Assembly (NCBI GenBank): GCA_008632985.1
Contig: QPGO01000177.1
Coordinates: 1 to 64,000 of the forward strand
DNA length: 64,000 nt
Direction: 5' to 3'
Origin: Psammoneis japonica
Lineage: Eukaryota
Below the pieces are notes generated by a model, which was not told the origin of the DNA, made no database searches, and worked only from the letters and a program-made list of their open reading frames with translations. The stretch's first letter is position 1. Each line of letters begins with the position of its first letter. This document shows, in pieces, positions 59,930 through 64,000 of the stretch. The position numbers were made by a program, and so were the translations under genes.

Positions 59930-62000
59930 CCCCGTACAAATTCTACAGCGGCTGCGTGATTTCGAAAATTCACACCTCAACGCCCGAAGCATTGCAAACA
60001 TCACCTCGCGCTGTGACAAACTTGAAAGCAAAATCAAGAGCACACCGGTGCATCTTGACTGTTTTGATGAGCTTCTCGAGTGCAACCAGCCCAAATTGTA
60101 GACCCTCTCCGCTGGCGTCACAAGCCTGAACATGATGTGCGCTCCATTGACAACATTCCTCATCCCACAAGCAGAGTTGACAACACCTCATCCCACAAGC
60201 AGTGCTCAAATGATTTTTTGAAAATGTTTTTTCTTCTTTTCCATTGCAGGAAAAGGTTTTGATGCTTGCTTTTTGAACAAGCCCCAAGACATTCTCTGTG
60301 TCTTCCCCTGCCAACTTGGCATGGCATTTTGGAGTCAAAATCTTGCGGACTTCCCATGCAAAAATGAAGTGACACAGTTTCCTTCACAAGCTCTTCACCA
60401 CAAGAGGCAAGCATTTCCACAGGTTCTGCATTTTCCATGCAGCTGCCATGCTGATTTTTAGTGCCTCCTTTTCTGTGCTTTAGATTGGCATCCATGCACC
60501 TCCCTTTCAATCAAGAACACTTGTGAAAATCCCTTTGGTTTGCCGCGCCACCAAGGCAGCATTTTCTGCACCCTTTTCTGGAATGAAACATTTGCTTTCT
60601 GACAGCAATCCTCCAAATTTTTCTTTTTTGCATCCTTTGGCATGACACAGTTGGGATCATTCACCTTCACTGAACTCATTTTCCAGCTCTTCCTTGACTT
60701 TGTCACAGCCCTTCACACCCGGCTTTGTCAGTCACTGCGTCATGCTTTCATCGCAGCCATTCACTCTTTTCTGTCAGGCAAAGCTTTTCATCATTCATTG
60801 TCATCTTTAAATGATGTTGATTGAGAATCTCCAGCTTGCAGCCTTTGTGCATTCTCGTGCTGTCTCCTGCGCTTGACTTTGTCAACAGCCCTTCACATTC
60901 GGCCTTGTTGGTCACTGCGTCATGCTTTCATCACAGCAGCCATTCACTCTTTTCTGATGTCAGGCAAAGCTTTTCATCATCATCTTTAAATGATGTTGAT
61001 TGAGAATCTCCAGCTTGCAGCCTTTGTGCATTCTCATGCTGTCTCCTGCACACTCTGCTGTCAATGTGGCATCCCTCGTCATCTTGTGTTTCCCCCCGTC
61101 CCACCCCACCGGGTTCATCTCGTGTGCTGACAGCCCCAACGAGTGGCAAAAAAAGAGCATGCAATCAAATTTGGGACACATCTCTGCAAGTGCATCAACA
61201 CAGTTTTTGAGCTGTGTGACCACATGTGGTCATGCATCCAACAACCTTGGTTGTGCTGGCCACACTCAAGTTGGCAGACGAGTGGTGACATCATCAAAGC
61301 TTTCTTGCTGCTCAACCCTTGTGCTTCCACCACTGCTGCATTTTCATTGTGCTGTGCAATGTTCCTGTCCATTTCTCATTGACTTTCTTGAGCAAGTCAT
61401 CATCCAGACTTCACAGCAAGCTGTGCTCCTAACAAGAGAGAGAGAGTGCCGTTCCAAGGCCATGTTGCCCCTGCACAGCTGGCTTTGCATTGGCAGGAAA
61501 CTGACAGCTTGGGTGTCCACAGCATTCTTGCACTTTTGGGTCATCAGATTGAGCAATCATGTCATGAAATCCACTGCAGTCATCCACATGGAACTCAGCA
61601 CATGCATTGCCATCTCAAGACAAGAGGAAGTCTGGACCACACTGTTTGGAAGCAGGCCTTTGTTCATGAGATCCGTGGCTTGTTCCTGAAGGATTTGCAT
61701 CCACCAGCAGCACTGCTTCTCCAACTCAACAAGACATTCCTCAGCAAACTGTTTTCAACATGCCTTGGTGGTGAGCTTCTTGTGACTGCCTGTCTGCATG
61801 ATTTTTTTTCAGTTTGCAGGTGCTCTTAAATCCTGGAAAGATGCACCCACCTCGCCACTGTTGAAATGGAAAGTGTCCTCAGTTTGCACTGCTTCAGAGA
61901 TGAGCTTGTGGCATCTTCTTCATCTTCTTCAGTGGGTGGCTGGTGGGGTTCATTTGCCAGTTCAACAGCTCATTCAAGGTCATTGTCAGCTGCCACCACA
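59930..62000 (-). mobile_element. Decayed DDE transposase, Tc1/IS630-superfamily-like
   Basis: Minus-strand fragments EFHVDD, QLKNCVDAL..MCPKFDCMLFF.HS, WRGKPKG..QV, TPKCHAKLAGE (cf. PK(Y/F)HxELxxIE). Confidence 0.7.
60694..61049 (+). repeat. ~180 bp tandem duplication inside the transposase relic
   Basis: TTGACTTTGTCA..CAGCCCTTCACA...GATTGAGAATCTCCAGCTTGCAGCCTTTGTGCATTCTC..GCTGTCTCCTGC occurs twice. Confidence 0.85.
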
Positions 62001-64000
62001 ACATCTTTCTTGCTTGGCTTTCAGGATCAGCACAGGAATTGTCTTCTGGCAAAGGTGCTCATGCATCAGCTCAACAAAAAGAACCTTCAATTTTTTTTGC
62101 ATTTCTCACAAATGCATTTTTAACTTCTGGGCCACTGCTGAAGAAAGGTGGGAGCACATGTTCCCCTCAATTGATGTTTTGAGGGAAGCAGTTTGTTCCT
62201 GCTTGCACCAAACACTGGTGCCAATGCTGCACAGTGAGTGGGTTGGCAATGGCAACTGTGCCATCCTCCTCTGCGGCCTTTTCATGGCACACTCACAGAA
62301 CTCACCCCAAGTCATGTCACCCTCAATCTCTTTTCCTCCACCCTTGAGGTTGTCAAGTGCAGCCAGCCTGAAGTGCTGCCATGATGCAAAGTGAATGATG
62401 CTGAGTGCGTGCCATTTTCATGGTTTGCAGCTGGATTCTTGTCATCCTGGTCAGGCAACACTGACTTGGTGTAGCCACACAGATGATTGACAACAGCAGA
62501 CAAAATGTCAATGCGATCTTGCACAACTGCCTTTGCATCAACATTGTTTGGTCAAACCAAGGTCAGTGCAAAAATGCTGCATGCTCACGTTGAATCCCAG
62601 CAGTCATGCTGAGGTGCAATTCATTGCCTTGCAGACTCCAACTCTTCAACTGCTTGCATCCCATTGTCTCTTCTTTGCTTGTCATGCTTTGTCACTGTTG
62701 AGTGTGTCTGGATTGGTGTCAGAAATGTTTGGATGGCATTTCAGCATGATCAAAAGTGCAGCTCTCTTCAACATTTTGTCTTGACAGCTCCACTTTGCAG
62801 CCACACTTCTGCAGAGTCATTGTCAGTTGCTGGTGGACAAAGGTGTCAATGGAGCTTTCCAATGGCAATGAAAAGAAACATCACGTGTCACGATTGTTTT
62901 CCACCCTTCTCAAGGCCACACAAGCACTCCATTTGTTGTTGTGCATTCACTCCGTCCGCAATGACACTGTTCTCTTCCATCAAATTTGAAACCCATTGAT
63001 GTTGCCACACAGCTTCTTCAACTCTCCACCCATGATTTGGACTCCCTCATCAATGACATGTTGAATTTTGCATTTCAGTGCTCTGCCCACAGGTCTGCTG
63101 GCATCCGTTGGTTGTGAGCACGAGAGTGTTTCCACAAACAGGCAATGCGTGTGTTTTGATGCAAGTGATTTGCAAATGTCAGCAGACACTCATGATGGGC
63201 TTTTGTGCTTCAGCACCCAGGGACGAGCTTTGCAGGTGGATTGGGAAGGTGGGCACAGGTTGCAGTGCAAAAAGCCAAGGATTTTCAACAGAAGCGGTGA
63301 GCAAATGCATGATTTTTTGTCCTTTCTGGCAATTTTCTGTTGACAATTCTGTGTGAATGCACTTCAGAAATGACCACCAATGACTGCTGCATCAAACCAG
63401 CAAACTGCTTTCATTTGCACTTGCCAGTCCTCAGTGATCACTTTTTCCCCTCTGGTCAATCAAGTTTGTCACCTCATGTGGTGAAAGTGCTGTCCCTGTT
63501 GCAGTGGTTGTGACAGTGTGCTTGAATCAACCCCCTTGGCTTCATTTGACTGTTGTTCATTTGCTGAATGGGTTGGCATTTCTGTGCAAGATCCAGCACC
63601 ATTTCCACATGTAAAAACACATTTTCCAATGCCCAACTCATCACATCATCAAGGCTCTCTGCCATTTCACACCTGCCAGTCCTGAACAACCACCCTTCTA
63701 ATTTGCTTGTCAGCAGGTGTCAAGCTCTCACTGCTCTGAGTGGCTGAGTGCAACTGTTCTTTGGTGCCATTGAGGTGCTGTTGGCACTTTGCACCCAGCT
63801 CAAAAAAGAAAACAATGAATCCTTTCCTGTGTCACCTTGCTTCAACCAGTTTTCTCTAGCACGTGTCACTGCAAGGTGGTGCCATGTGTCCAGCCAGCTG
63901 TGCTTGCTTTTGCCACATCCCTGGTTGGGTGCACTGGAAGTGTGGATCAACTGGTGCCATCATTGTGTGTAAGAAGTTGTCCTCTGTTGAGCTGTCCAAA
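62000..64000. other. Strongly TpA/CpG-depleted decayed repeat sequence, unclassified
   Basis: Composition only. Confidence 0.45.

Noticed and set aside
1..64000. Alternative genetic code (TGY/CAY read as Tyr, TGA readthrough)
   Set aside because: Host genes in the same window use standard Tyr codons and all three stops; TE ORFs also contain frameshifts

Overview
Eukaryotic genomic DNA, most likely from a pennate diatom. The basis is short GT-AG introns, signal peptide + 'AF' plastid-type leaders, and diatom-type copia and tyrosine-recombinase (YR) retroelements. About 1-22.9 kb is a transposon block: nested Ty1/copia copies, a papain-like gene, a foldback element, a structurally complete split-direct-repeat YR retrotransposon and a tandemly duplicated copia RT. 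About 23-56.2 kb is gene-dense: ATG13, SRPBCC, two flavoproteins, amino-acid transporter, OTU, RetSat-like, FG-GAP membrane protein, MDR reductase, MMACHC-like, NUDIX, SF-assemblin-like and a MAP3K. From 56.4 kb to the end are a TTAA-flanked MITE, a decayed SET-domain gene and a Tc1/IS630-like transposase relic. The most striking signal is a repeat-restricted mutational signature. Inside the transposons TpA is largely replaced by TpG or CpA (A>G on either strand), so conserved Tyr codons, including motif and putative catalytic ones, read Cys or His and TAA/TAG stops vanish, while neighbouring host genes look normal. This is the mirror image of fungal RIP and suggests an adenine-directed genome-defence process, superimposed on ordinary CpG decay. 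All compositional statements are by eye; nothing was counted or searched.
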